A stretch of DNA of 64,000 nt from an uncultured Thermoplasmata archaeon (lineage in GTDB: Archaea; Thermoplasmatota; Thermoplasmata; Lutacidiplasmatales; UBA184), in contig CAVVLX010000007.1 in NCBI GenBank assembly GCA_963749195.1, forward strand, positions 396,031-460,030, given 5' to 3'. Each line of letters begins with the position of its first letter. The first letter of the stretch is position 1. The position numbers were made by a program, and so were the translations under genes. This document shows positions 20,218-28,997 of this stretch, one piece after another. The notes under the pieces were generated by a model. It was not told the origin of the DNA. It made no database searches and saw nothing but the letters and a program-made list of their open reading frames with translations.

Positions 20218-20315
20218 TGTCCAACGCGGCGTCGATCTTGAGTGATGAAGACCCCACTCGTCAATCGGACCCGGGCCGAACCCATAAATCGGCTCAGGGG
20301 CTTTGAGGCCAAATC

Positions 20316-21233
20316 ATGGGAGCGGAAGTTCGACGGGACGAGACAAATTTGAGCCCACCCTGGTGGAGGAAACTTCGCGGAAAAGTCGCGTTAGTGACCG
20401 GTTCCAGTCGAGGGGTGGGAAAGGGAATCGCGCTGGTCTTGGGGGAAGCCGGGGCCACGGTGTACGTGACGGGCCGGAGCGTCCGAGAAAATCCCCCCAG
20501 GAAAGGGTCGCCGGGCACGATTCAGGATACGGCGGAAGAAGTCACTCGACGAGGCGGCGTGGGGATTCCCGTCCGTTGCGATCATTCACGCGACCAGGAT
20601 ACCAAGCGACTGATCTCTCGGATACGTCGGGAGCAGGGGCGCCTGGACCTCCTCGTGAACAATGCGTTCGGGGGGGAAGACGGACATCGGCCGATTGTCA
20701 CGTATGACGAGCACCCGTTCTGGAAGCACAACTTCGAGGAATGGTGGTACCGCATGTTCACGGCCTACTTGCGATCCGATCTTGCCGTGACGTTCTATGC
20801 TCTGCCGTTGATGCAAAAGCACTCGAAAGCGCTGATCGTCAACACCTTGTGGTGGAATCGCGGACACTACCTCTACGACCTCTTCTTCGACGTGGCGTCT
20901 TCGGGGGTCGGGAGGATGGCCTATGGTCTGGCTCGCGAGCTCCCCCCTTCGAGGGTGGCCATCGTCGCGGTATCGCCGGGCTGGACCCGAACGGAACACA
21001 TGAATCACCTGCCGGCAAAGATCCTCCGCCGGCTTCCGTCCCCCGAGTACGTCGGCCGAGGGATCGCGTTCCTCGCGATGGACGCGCGGATCGGTCGGAA
21101 GAGCGGCCAAATCCTCGAGATCGGAGCTCTTGCCCGCGAATATGGGTTCACGAATGTGGACGGGCGCCAAGTCGATTATCATGCCAAAATCGCGGAGCGA
21201 CGGCCCCCGGGGTTCGGGCGCCTCAAGGACTAA
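20316..21233 (+). CDS. SDR family oxidoreductase (DHRS1-like)
   Basis: VALVTGSSRGVGKG, VYVTGR, LDLLVNNA, VSPGWTRTE; canonical YxxxK not evident (FDVASS). Confidence 0.88.
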   Translation: MGAEVRRDETNLSPPWWRKLRGKVALVTGSSRGVGKGIALVLGEAGATVYVTGRSVRENPPRKGSPGTIQDTAEEVTRRGGVGIPVRCDHSRDQDTKRLISRIRREQGRLDLLVNNAFGGEDGHRPIVTYDEHPFWKHNFEEWWYRMFTAYLRSDLAVTFYALPLMQKHSKALIVNTLWWNRGHYLYDLFFDVASSGVGRMAYGLARELPPSRVAIVAVSPGWTRTEHMNHLPAKILRRLPSPEYVGRGIAFLAMDARIGRKSGQILEIGALAREYGFTNVDGRQVDYHAKIAERRPPGFGRLKD

Positions 21234-21429
21234 TCTCGTCATCTGCGTGAGCGTTCGGCTCCTGTAGAATCCTTCGTTATCCCCGTCGATTCGGCTGACT
21301 TCACGAAGAGCAAACTCAGGAAATTCCACGTAGGGGGGGTCGCCAACGTTCAAGTAACCGGCGGGGATTCCCCGCCGGCGAGGCATGCCGACCACGAAGC
21401 CCTCCGATCCCCCGGTTGAGGGCGAGTCG

Positions 21430-21783
21430 ATGACTCCCTCGAGCGAGGGGGCGCAACTGGTCGATCGAATTGCGAGTGAACTCGATCTATTGTCTCGGAA
21501 CGTCGATATCGTGGGACGACTTTCCGGAAGCCCTCCGATGGGCATTATCCGGCTCAGCGAAGCGCTCCATCTCCCGATTCACAAGGTGCGCTATTCGTTG
21601 CACCTACTGGAACGGGAGGGGGTGATCCAGCCCTCGGCCGACGGGGCCGTCGTAACCGACAAAGCGCGCGAATTCTGGGCGTCCCTCGATCGATCGCTCG
21701 ATCAGATGGCCGCGGCGATTCAGCACCTCAAAGAGCGCGCGGCGGAGACCAAAGCCCGTCCGCCGGGTCGGAAAGGCTATTAG
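21430..21783 (+). CDS. Small archaeal winged-helix transcriptional regulator; alternative start 21385
   Basis: PMGIIRLSEALHLPIHKVRYSLHLLEREGVIQPS..GAVVT. Confidence 0.8.
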   Translation: MTPSSEGAQLVDRIASELDLLSRNVDIVGRLSGSPPMGIIRLSEALHLPIHKVRYSLHLLEREGVIQPSADGAVVTDKAREFWASLDRSLDQMAAAIQHLKERAAETKARPPGRKGY

Positions 21784-21809
21784 AGGCGCGACCGCTCGAC
21801 ACTCCCGGT

Positions 21810-21916
21810 GCCGCCGTAGCTCAGCGGCAGAGCGATCGGCTGTTAACCGAAAGGTCAGCGGTTCGAAAGTACGGGGGCGCAGATCGCACACCCGTCCGGA
21901 ACTCCGCTCGGCGGCG
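21810..21916 (+). tRNA. tRNA-Asn(GTT) with a 35-nt intron (21868-21902) at T-loop position 59/60
   Basis: GCCGCCG/CGGCGGC acceptor, TCGG-CTGTTAA-CCGA anticodon arm, T stem AGCGG/CCGCT. Removing 21868-21902 restores the TTCGAAT loop; the junctions form a BHB. Confidence 0.93.
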
Positions 21917-21939
21917 CCTCGGGGTCAAGGCGTTTTGAT

Positions 21940-22015
21940 GGGCCCGTAGCTTAGTCCGGTTCAGAGCGACCGGCTCATAACCGGTCGGTCGACGGTTCAA
22001 ATCCGTCCGGGCCCA
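21940..22015 (+). tRNA. tRNA with CAT anticodon, most likely tRNA-Ile2 (agmatidine-modified)
   Basis: GGGCCCG/CGGGCCC-A, ACCGG-CTCATAA-CCGGT, GACGG-TTCAAAT-CCGTC. G1-C72 argues against the initiator; the Asn-Ile2 tandem is common in archaea. Confidence 0.85.
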
Positions 22016-22412
22016 TCTCCATGGGGGGCATCCCCCCTCGCCCGAACCCATTCTACGACCCTCGTTTTGAGGCGACGGGATCGCTAATGGGAAGCGGGCT
22101 GCGTCGGCATCCCCCGTCGGCCGAACCCGGGCATCGGAAGGAGAAATCTGGGTCTGAACTCTGGCGGCTGCTCCCTTCCCGTTGGAGCCGAGTCAGCGGG
22201 TTAACGAGCTGGGCCGTTCGAATCCTTCGAGCGTGGCGGCGAACTCCTTTGTCGAGCACCTCGGGTCCGGGGATGAGCGGGTGACGCTGCTCGGCGTCAC
22301 GTTTCAGCGCTCTCATGTGTGGTGGAAAGATCGCGTCGCCTTCGCTGTCCCACTTCTATTCCCTTACGCGGTTAAATCACTCCAGGGCGATAGACCCCCG
22401 AGGAGCGGGAAC

Positions 22413-22868
22413 ATGCCGGGGAAGTTCGAACGCGCCATGGACCACCATTATTGCATCCGGGCAGAACCTGCCGTGCTCTTTCGGGCGCGGACCCAGCCGG
22501 CCGGGCTCCCCCGCTGGCTCTACGATACCGCAGAGATCTCCCCCTGGAAGGGAGGCTCCTCTCGGATCGGCTGGAGGGACGGGCCGACCCACGCCGGGAC
22601 GACGGTCGACGTCGTTCCGGGAAAAAGAATTGCCCTTTCGCGGTCGGGGCCGGGCGTCGGGCTCGACGAGACGGTGTGCTCTTTCGTGACCGAACCCCAG
22701 GAGGTTGGCTCACCCCCCCGCATCGTGCACGGCGGATTCCCTCACCGGGGGGAGTGGGTCGACCTGTACGAAGGTGCGGATCCGGGCTGGGCGTACTTCG
22801 AGAGGAACCTCAAGGTGGTCCGCGAGCAACGACCCGACCTTCCGTCGGAGTCGCAGGGTTGGGTTTGA
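22413..22868 (+). CDS. SRPBCC/AHSA1-like domain protein, divergent
   Basis: IRAEPAVLFRA.T.P..L.RW, VVPGKRI, IVHGGF, GWAYF..NLK. Confidence 0.7.
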   Translation: MPGKFERAMDHHYCIRAEPAVLFRARTQPAGLPRWLYDTAEISPWKGGSSRIGWRDGPTHAGTTVDVVPGKRIALSRSGPGVGLDETVCSFVTEPQEVGSPPRIVHGGFPHRGEWVDLYEGADPGWAYFERNLKVVREQRPDLPSESQGWV

Positions 22869-22870
22869 CC

Positions 22871-23455
22871 ATGTCGGAGCATCGGAGGATCATCCTGAGC
22901 ATGTACTTGACTCTGGACGGGTACAACGAGTTTCCGGATTACCCTGGATCGCTACCGTCCGCATCGGAGCCCGACTTAGTTGCCGACGCCATGTGGATCC
23001 AGCGATGGGGATCCATCGACACTCTCCTTTTCGACCAGGAGACGTACGATCAATGGGCCGACTTCTGGCCAATCTCCAAGCGAACGTCAGAAGAGCATCC
23101 GTGGTTTCGACAGATGTCCGAATTCGCCGAGAAGGCTCAGAAGGTCGTAATCTCGGATTCGGCCGTAGGAACTACGTGGGCCAACTCCAGGATGCTCGAC
23201 GGAGACGTCGGTGCGGCCGTGGCCCGAGTGCGAACGGAGCCGGGCAAGAACATGGTCGTGGTCGCGCCCGGCCTAGGAAGGGAGCTCATGCGCCGAGGCC
23301 TTATCGACGACTACCTCTTGGCGGTTTGTCCGGTCATCCTGGGGAAGGGTCATCAGTTCTTTGGGGCGCTGGAAGTTCAGCAGACGCTACGGCTCGTCGA
23401 AGTCAAGCACTTCAAGGCGGGTGAGCTGTTCCTACACTACGAGAGCGCGCGATAA
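22871..23455 (+). CDS. Dihydrofolate reductase / RibD C-terminal family protein
   Basis: IILSMYLTLDGY, TWANSRML, GLIDDYLLAVCPVILGKG, LFLHY. Confidence 0.88.
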   Translation: MSEHRRIILSMYLTLDGYNEFPDYPGSLPSASEPDLVADAMWIQRWGSIDTLLFDQETYDQWADFWPISKRTSEEHPWFRQMSEFAEKAQKVVISDSAVGTTWANSRMLDGDVGAAVARVRTEPGKNMVVVAPGLGRELMRRGLIDDYLLAVCPVILGKGHQFFGALEVQQTLRLVEVKHFKAGELFLHYESAR

Positions 23456-23562
23456 GAATGCCCTGATTTCACGGAGCCCGAGCCTAACCTTCCGAACGCC
23501 TCCCGATCAAAGGCGGCAGCGCAAAGGGGTTCCGGCGGGGCCAGGCGACCCACAAGGCCGAG

Positions 23563-24258
23563 TTATCGGCCCAGGAATTCGCGAGGAGCGCGCTGAATGA
23601 GATCATCGAGGCGAGAACTTACCTCCTTCGTAACGGGAACCCCATGACCCGGGAGCAAGATCTCCGCATCCAGGGCCCGAATCCGGGAAAGCGACTGCAC
23701 GGCTTGGTCCAAACTGGAGGCAAATCTCGCGGCGGGAATGGTAAGCTGACCCTTCCATTCGACCACGGCATCACCCGAAAAAAGGATCTTCCGACCCGCG
23801 TGATAGAAGACCACCTCTCCGGGCGTATGACCAGGGGCATGGACGACGAGCAGGGGCCCAATTCGGTCCCCATCGTTCAATACCACCGCGACGGGTGCCG
23901 GATGGATCCGCAGAAAGAGTCGCATCAGGAGCGGCATCGGCGGTTTCGTTCGGCCGTCGACAAATGGCACGTCCTTGCGATGACAGGAAATGGGCGCCTT
24001 CGTGGTCTCCCGGAGATACGCCGCCCCTCCCATGTGATCGATGTGATGGTGGGTCAGGAGTAACTTGCCAACGGACGCAAGCGGTACATTGGCGCGTTGA
24101 AACGCTCGTACGATGGGTTTGGCCTTACGAGCGGAACCGGTGTCGATGAGGTACGTTTCGTTCCCCTCGCGAAACGTGTAGCTATTCACATATCCGGGAA
24201 TTCGACCGACGTCGTCTACGACCCGCTCCCCGGCCACCGTTCCGTTTCCGTTCGCCAT
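23563..24258 (-). CDS. MBL-fold metallo-hydrolase
   Basis: LIDTG, THHHIDHMGG, PGHTPG, FSGDA, LPGHG. Confidence 0.93.
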   Translation of the reverse strand: MANGNGTVAGERVVDDVGRIPGYVNSYTFREGNETYLIDTGSARKAKPIVRAFQRANVPLASVGKLLLTHHHIDHMGGAAYLRETTKAPISCHRKDVPFVDGRTKPPMPLLMRLFLRIHPAPVAVVLNDGDRIGPLLVVHAPGHTPGEVVFYHAGRKILFSGDAVVEWKGQLTIPAARFASSLDQAVQSLSRIRALDAEILLPGHGVPVTKEVSSRLDDLIQRAPREFLGR

Positions 24259-24586
24259 TTAGAACCCCTGATTGCGAGAGTGGTGAAGAGGAAGTGCGTT
24301 GCCCGTATCTCCGATTGGACCGGCCGACATCGGGGCGGGCAGGTCGATCCGACCGATGAAGATGCCTCTGCCACGACGAGCGAATTGTCCGCCCCTCTTC
24401 GGCCAATTCGATCGTCGGTGTGACTGCCCAGAGATTGGCAACCTGTGCGCAAGCTCCAGCGGAGTGGTCGGAGCGAGACGACAAGGGGGGGCCGTCGGGG
24501 ATTTAACCGTCGGAGGCTGAGCGCTCTCTCCGAACGAGCGGCAGGTAATTCCATCCGGCGGTTCGTACAGAAGGGGGAGAAGGTCG

Positions 24587-25696
24587 ATGGCCACCGAGGG
24601 CGCGCGCTTGGAGGGGTCGGGGTCACTCCCCGCGATCTCGGTCATAGTGGGGGCCTACACGCGCTCCCGGTATCTCGTCGACGCTCTCACGTCGGTGTTG
24701 GAACAGACCATCGATCCGAACGAGATCGAGATCTTGGTGACCAAGGGATTCGAGAATCCGGAAATCGACCGGTTCCTCGAGGAGCGCCGGATCCCTTCCA
24801 TCAACGATCGCGAGCCTCGAATCGGGCGATGGTTACTCAATGCGATCGAACGCACGCGGGCTCCGCTGGTCGCGATCTTGAATGACGACGACCTGTTCGA
24901 ACCCGAACGCCTCGCGCACGTCGTCTCCATTTTCCGCGAACGCCCATGGCTGGGGTATTATCGAAACCGTATCTCGGCGATCGATTCCGAAGGACGGGCG
25001 GTGCCCCGGACCGAGTGGAGCCGGCTGTTCTTGGACGCAGAGTTCGACCGGACGGGTCCGCTCGAAATTCAATCCGCGGAGAAGGATGCCCGAGTGCCTG
25101 AGCTTCGGCGCACGTTTGCGGCATTCAACGCGAGCGCGATCGTGGTCCGACGCGAGCTCCTGACCGGGGCCTTGGCGGTACGATTCGTCGAAACGCATCA
25201 GGACGATGAGGCCCTCTTCTTGGCGGCGATCCTCGCGCCCTATGGGCTATACCTGGATGACCAACGATTGACCCGCTTCCGGGACCATCCGGGAAACGTC
25301 ACGCGCGAGATCGATAATCTGCAACAGATCGTCGCGTCGATGGAACGGATTTCCGAAGCGTATCGATCCTCCGGTCACCCGGGTTTCGCCGAGTGGCTGA
25401 ACGAATTGGAGGTCAAGCGACGCTGGGAGCTGCACGTGCGGTCGATCGAAGCGGCGATCCGACAGGCCGCCCCCCGACGCCAGGTCCTCCACTTTGCCGC
25501 CGGGTACTATCGGTTTGTCCGACGCACCCCCCGAATCCCACGGGCCAGCTTGCGTACATGGGGAATCCAGATGCACGCCCTCGCCTACGTAGTTGCACCA
25601 GCCGCCGCACGTCGATTGCTGGCCAAACGAACCTACGATCGCACCCCTCCGCACCTGCGATCTGGCCCGGGGAAGGGTCACCCAACCACTGCGTAG
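24587..25696 (+). CDS. Glycosyltransferase family 2
   Basis: ISVIV..Y...YL.DAL.SVL.QT, VAILNDDDLF. Confidence 0.88.
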   Translation: MATEGARLEGSGSLPAISVIVGAYTRSRYLVDALTSVLEQTIDPNEIEILVTKGFENPEIDRFLEERRIPSINDREPRIGRWLLNAIERTRAPLVAILNDDDLFEPERLAHVVSIFRERPWLGYYRNRISAIDSEGRAVPRTEWSRLFLDAEFDRTGPLEIQSAEKDARVPELRRTFAAFNASAIVVRRELLTGALAVRFVETHQDDEALFLAAILAPYGLYLDDQRLTRFRDHPGNVTREIDNLQQIVASMERISEAYRSSGHPGFAEWLNELEVKRRWELHVRSIEAAIRQAAPRRQVLHFAAGYYRFVRRTPRIPRASLRTWGIQMHALAYVVAPAAARRLLAKRTYDRTPPHLRSGPGKGHPTTA

Positions 25697-25783
25697 TTTC
25701 GCTCGATGGGCGCGGGGTCAATCCGCGAACGGCGGCGATCCGCGATAAGGTGGTACAGAACGGAAGGGGTTGGAACAGGAGAC

Positions 25784-26182
25784 TCAGCAACAGCCGCCGC
25801 CCCCGGCGCCGCAGCCGCATCCGCTCCCGATCGGAGCAGCGGGTTCTGGACGCTGGGGCGAGACGATCTTGAAGCCGGTCTGTTCGAGTTCCTGGACGTA
25901 GTCGATGCGAGCGCCGTCCAATTGGGACGCGGTCGATGGGTCGGCGACCAGCGCGAAGCCGTCGACTTTGACCACTTCATCGCCGTTTCGGGGTCGGTCG
26001 AAGGACATTCCGAACGATGGTCCCGACGTGGCTTCCCCGCCGCATCCGCAGGCGTCGCCTCCGCCACAGCCGCCCCCGCTTTCCTGAAGGAACACGCGAA
26101 CCGCCGTACCGGGTGCCTGACTCTTGATGAGCTCCCGAACCTGGGATTGGGCTTCTGGTGAAACTTCGATCTGAATACTCAT
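25784..26182 (-). CDS. HesB/IscA-family Fe-S carrier with Cys/Gly-rich insert and tail
   Basis: IEVSPEA, VRVF..GGGCGGGDACGCG, FGMSFD, LDGARIDY, GFKI, tail GCGCGAGGGGCC. Confidence 0.85.
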   Translation of the reverse strand: MSIQIEVSPEAQSQVRELIKSQAPGTAVRVFLQESGGGCGGGDACGCGGEATSGPSFGMSFDRPRNGDEVVKVDGFALVADPSTASQLDGARIDYVQELEQTGFKIVSPQRPEPAAPIGSGCGCGAGGGGCC

Positions 26183-26270
26183 AGTCGGGGCCCTCCTTCA
26201 ACAACCCCAAGGTACGAACGGGGAGGCGGTATATAACGGCCGCTCGGGAGAAGACCGCAAGTAGGGCAGC

Positions 26271-26600
26271 CTAGGCCGAGAAGGATTTCCCACAGGAGCA
26301 GGTTTCCTTCGCGTTCGGATTGTAGATTTTAAACCCCGAAGCGTCGAGTCCCATCAAGAAATCGACCTTGATCCCTTCGAGCAGCGGAGCGCTCGAGCGA
26401 TCGACGACGACTGTGAGGTTGGCATCGTGGTATGCCACCTCATCGCCGGATTCGGCTTTGTCGAACGTCATGCCGTAGGTCAAGCCTGAGCAACCGCCTC
26501 CCTGAACGAACAGTCGGAGCGCGGTGCCGTCCTTTCCTTGACGGCTCATGATCTTGAGCACCTGGTCCCGAGCCTGCGGGGTGACTTCTACCTGAACCAT
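26271..26600 (-). CDS. iscA: A-type Fe-S cluster carrier (IscA/ErpA/SufA family)
   Basis: LRLFVQGGGCSGLTYGM, GFKIYNPNAKETCSCGKSF. Confidence 0.92.
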   Translation of the reverse strand: MVQVEVTPQARDQVLKIMSRQGKDGTALRLFVQGGGCSGLTYGMTFDKAESGDEVAYHDANLTVVVDRSSAPLLEGIKVDFLMGLDASGFKIYNPNAKETCSCGKSFSA

Positions 26601-26716
26601 AGGGGACCTTCCGAATAGATGTACTCCGAGGTGTGTAAAAGGCTTTGCTGGTCCGGCCGAAATCTTCTCCTGGGCCACGTCATCCCTTATCTAGGGTGGA
26701 CTACTATCTACCTCCA

Positions 26717-27577
26717 ATGTGTCGATTGTTCGGCCTGATTGCGGACCCGATCATCCCGGCGGAACCCTGGCTGCTCACCTCCGAGCGATCGCTGCTGCGA
26801 CAGGCCGATGTAACTCCCGAGACCGCTCAACGCGATGGATGGGGCGTTGCGTGGTACGACCGTCGGCACCGGCCCCATGTAGTGAAAGGCGTCCGGGGAG
26901 CTTCCGATCTGGCCGAAAAGGACCGCTTTACCAAGGCCGCCAAGGATGCCTCGGGATCGGTGGTGCTCGGGCACTTGCGGCACGCGAGCAATCCGATGAA
27001 TCTCCCTCACGATCGTTTGATCGCGGTCGAGAATAGTCAACCCTTCCAGTACGAGGGCTACCTCTTCGCGCATAATGGCATGATTCCCCTACCTCGGGAA
27101 ACTCGACCGCTCCTCGGCGCCATGGAGCCGATGGTCCAAGGCGTCAACGACAGCGAAGTCCTATTCTGGCTCCTGGTTCGTCACATCGAGGAGAGTCGCG
27201 ATCCTCTCCAAGCGTACGTGCGGACCGTGGAGGATCTGACCCAGGTGTGGAACGAGCATGGACGTCCGAAGAGCGGACCGTACTCGGGATTGAACGTGCT
27301 GATCTCCACCGGGCCGACCGAACTATGGGCCTTCTGCAGCTCGATCGGCGACCACGGAACCGGGCTACTCGACTCGACCCGCCCGTACTATCAGATGACC
27401 TACTCGGCCGATTCGAAACACGTCGTCGTGGGAAGCGAACCCTTCGACGCCGCGACGAAGACGTGGCGGAATCTCGAGAACAATCAATATCTCCACGCCC
27501 AAGCGGGACAAGGATTGGTCGGGACGCGAGTGGGCGACATCCCATTGCCAGCCCAGATTTCGGCCCTCACCCGATGA
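26717..27577 (+). CDS. Class II glutamine amidotransferase (YafJ/EgtC-like Ntn hydrolase)
   Basis: N-terminal MCRLFG, DGWGVAWY, GHLRHAS, NSQPF, FAHNG, NDSE, VGSEP. Confidence 0.92.
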   Translation: MCRLFGLIADPIIPAEPWLLTSERSLLRQADVTPETAQRDGWGVAWYDRRHRPHVVKGVRGASDLAEKDRFTKAAKDASGSVVLGHLRHASNPMNLPHDRLIAVENSQPFQYEGYLFAHNGMIPLPRETRPLLGAMEPMVQGVNDSEVLFWLLVRHIEESRDPLQAYVRTVEDLTQVWNEHGRPKSGPYSGLNVLISTGPTELWAFCSSIGDHGTGLLDSTRPYYQMTYSADSKHVVVGSEPFDAATKTWRNLENNQYLHAQAGQGLVGTRVGDIPLPAQISALTR

Positions 27578-27634
27578 GGAGTTCCGCCGACCCGCCAGCC
27601 GTATATTGAGGGAGTGCCGTCTCCGGCTGCGAGT

Positions 27635-27904
27635 ATGGCGACGATCCGCTTGGACCCGATGTTGCGCGACTTCATTCCCCGCCAAACGGTGACGTCCGAG
27701 TCATCCAGTGTCCACGCGATGCTGCTGGAGTTGGAGGCGACCTATCCCCGCCTTCAATTCCGGATCCGAGATGAAACGGGGGCACTGCGCCGTTTCGTGC
27801 GCATTTTTGTCAACGGCAACCAGATCGAATCGCTGCAGGGAATGGATACACCGCTCGGGGTCCGCGACGAGGTCGATATTCTTCACTCGATTCAAGGAGG
27901 ATGA
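27635..27904 (+). CDS. MoaD/ThiS/SAMP ubiquitin-like protein
   Basis: RIRDETGALRRFVRIFVNG..DEVDILHSIQGG; C-terminal diglycine. Confidence 0.9.
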   Translation: MATIRLDPMLRDFIPRQTVTSESSSVHAMLLELEATYPRLQFRIRDETGALRRFVRIFVNGNQIESLQGMDTPLGVRDEVDILHSIQGG

Positions 27905-27964
27905 CCGGCCCCGGCGCGATCTCCCCCGCTGCGCCAGTGGAGGAGGGCCCGCAAGGGCGGCCAC

Positions 27965-28939
27965 ATGGCCGAGTCGGCCCATCGAAAAGGTGGGTTCGTC
28001 CGTCCCCTCGCCGAGACCGATTCGATGGACATGACCAGTGACCTGCTTTCCGGCCCGGACCTGGGGGCGGGCTACCTCCACCAGCTATCGATCGACCGGG
28101 AACCCGAGTCCTGGTTCACGTACCATGCCCAGGTTGGAGGACTCGACGCCAACGGTCCTCCCATCGGGCCACTCGATTCGATCGGCTTCGTGCATCCCCG
28201 CGTCGCCTGCCAGTTTGGAGGGTCGCGTTGTTGGCATCGTCGGTTCGCTCTCCCCGCGACGGAGACAGCGACCGTTCGCGCGACGTACAATCGACATCGG
28301 TTTGTCCTTCAAGCGACGCTCGATCAACTCTACGCCGGAGCGCCGATTCCGTTCGAATCCGCCCTCAAAGAACTGCTCGACCGGATTGAATCGCCCCTCC
28401 GGTCCGACGGAATCCCCCTGTACATCATGGGATCGGTCTCCGCCCGACTGCAAGGGGTGCGGTTGCAGCCTCGAGATATCGACCTCGGGACCACGGAGGC
28501 GGGAGTCCGGCGCATCGGAGAGCTGCTGAAAGAGTATCTCATTGAGCCGGTGGCTTTGACCGGGGAAGCCGGCACGCAGGCGGTGATCGGGGCTCGCGCT
28601 TTCATCGGCTCCCTGGCTTCGGGAATGCGCGTGGAATGGGCGGCTCCCCGGGGGGAGGATCCGGAGTCTTCCCTCTTCGCGCCCGAAGGTCCCCGACTGG
28701 CGGAGAATCCTCCGGTCGAGAAAGTGGAGCTCGAAGGCGGTCGAGAGATTCAGGTGAGTCGTCTAGAATTTTCCCTGGTCCGTAGCGCGAAACGAAACGA
28801 CTGGGAGCGATTCAATCGGATCGCGGACCGACTAAAGGCGCTTGGGCCGAATCGATCATTGCTGGAACGTCTCCTCACCGATTCCGGCCTCTCCGTTTCG
28901 GATCGCGACCGGGTCCGGAAGGCCGCAGCCGACCGTTGA
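27965..28939 (+). CDS. Hypothetical protein with Pol-beta-superfamily nucleotidyltransferase motif
   Basis: YIMGSVSARLQGVRLQPRDIDL (GS...DxD) and RVEW, preceded by an unrecognised N-terminal domain (CQFGGSRCWH). Confidence 0.7.
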   Translation: MAESAHRKGGFVRPLAETDSMDMTSDLLSGPDLGAGYLHQLSIDREPESWFTYHAQVGGLDANGPPIGPLDSIGFVHPRVACQFGGSRCWHRRFALPATETATVRATYNRHRFVLQATLDQLYAGAPIPFESALKELLDRIESPLRSDGIPLYIMGSVSARLQGVRLQPRDIDLGTTEAGVRRIGELLKEYLIEPVALTGEAGTQAVIGARAFIGSLASGMRVEWAAPRGEDPESSLFAPEGPRLAENPPVEKVELEGGREIQVSRLEFSLVRSAKRNDWERFNRIADRLKALGPNRSLLERLLTDSGLSVSDRDRVRKAAADR

Positions 28940-28997
28940 GCCGGGTCGGCGTCTGGAAGCGTAGCTTCTTACCCCCCTGCCCTCCCAGCGGAGCCCG

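Noticed and set aside
21940..22015. Calling the CAT tRNA a methionine tRNA
   Set aside because: It lacks the A1-U72 pair and the anticodon-stem GGG/CCC of initiators. Sequence and the Asn linkage favour Ile2, though elongator Met is not fully excluded.
22205..22235. GTTCGAATCC T-loop-like motif as a tRNA fragment or att site
   Set aside because: Flanks do not form a T stem or match the 3' ends of the neighbouring tRNAs; no integrase nearby.
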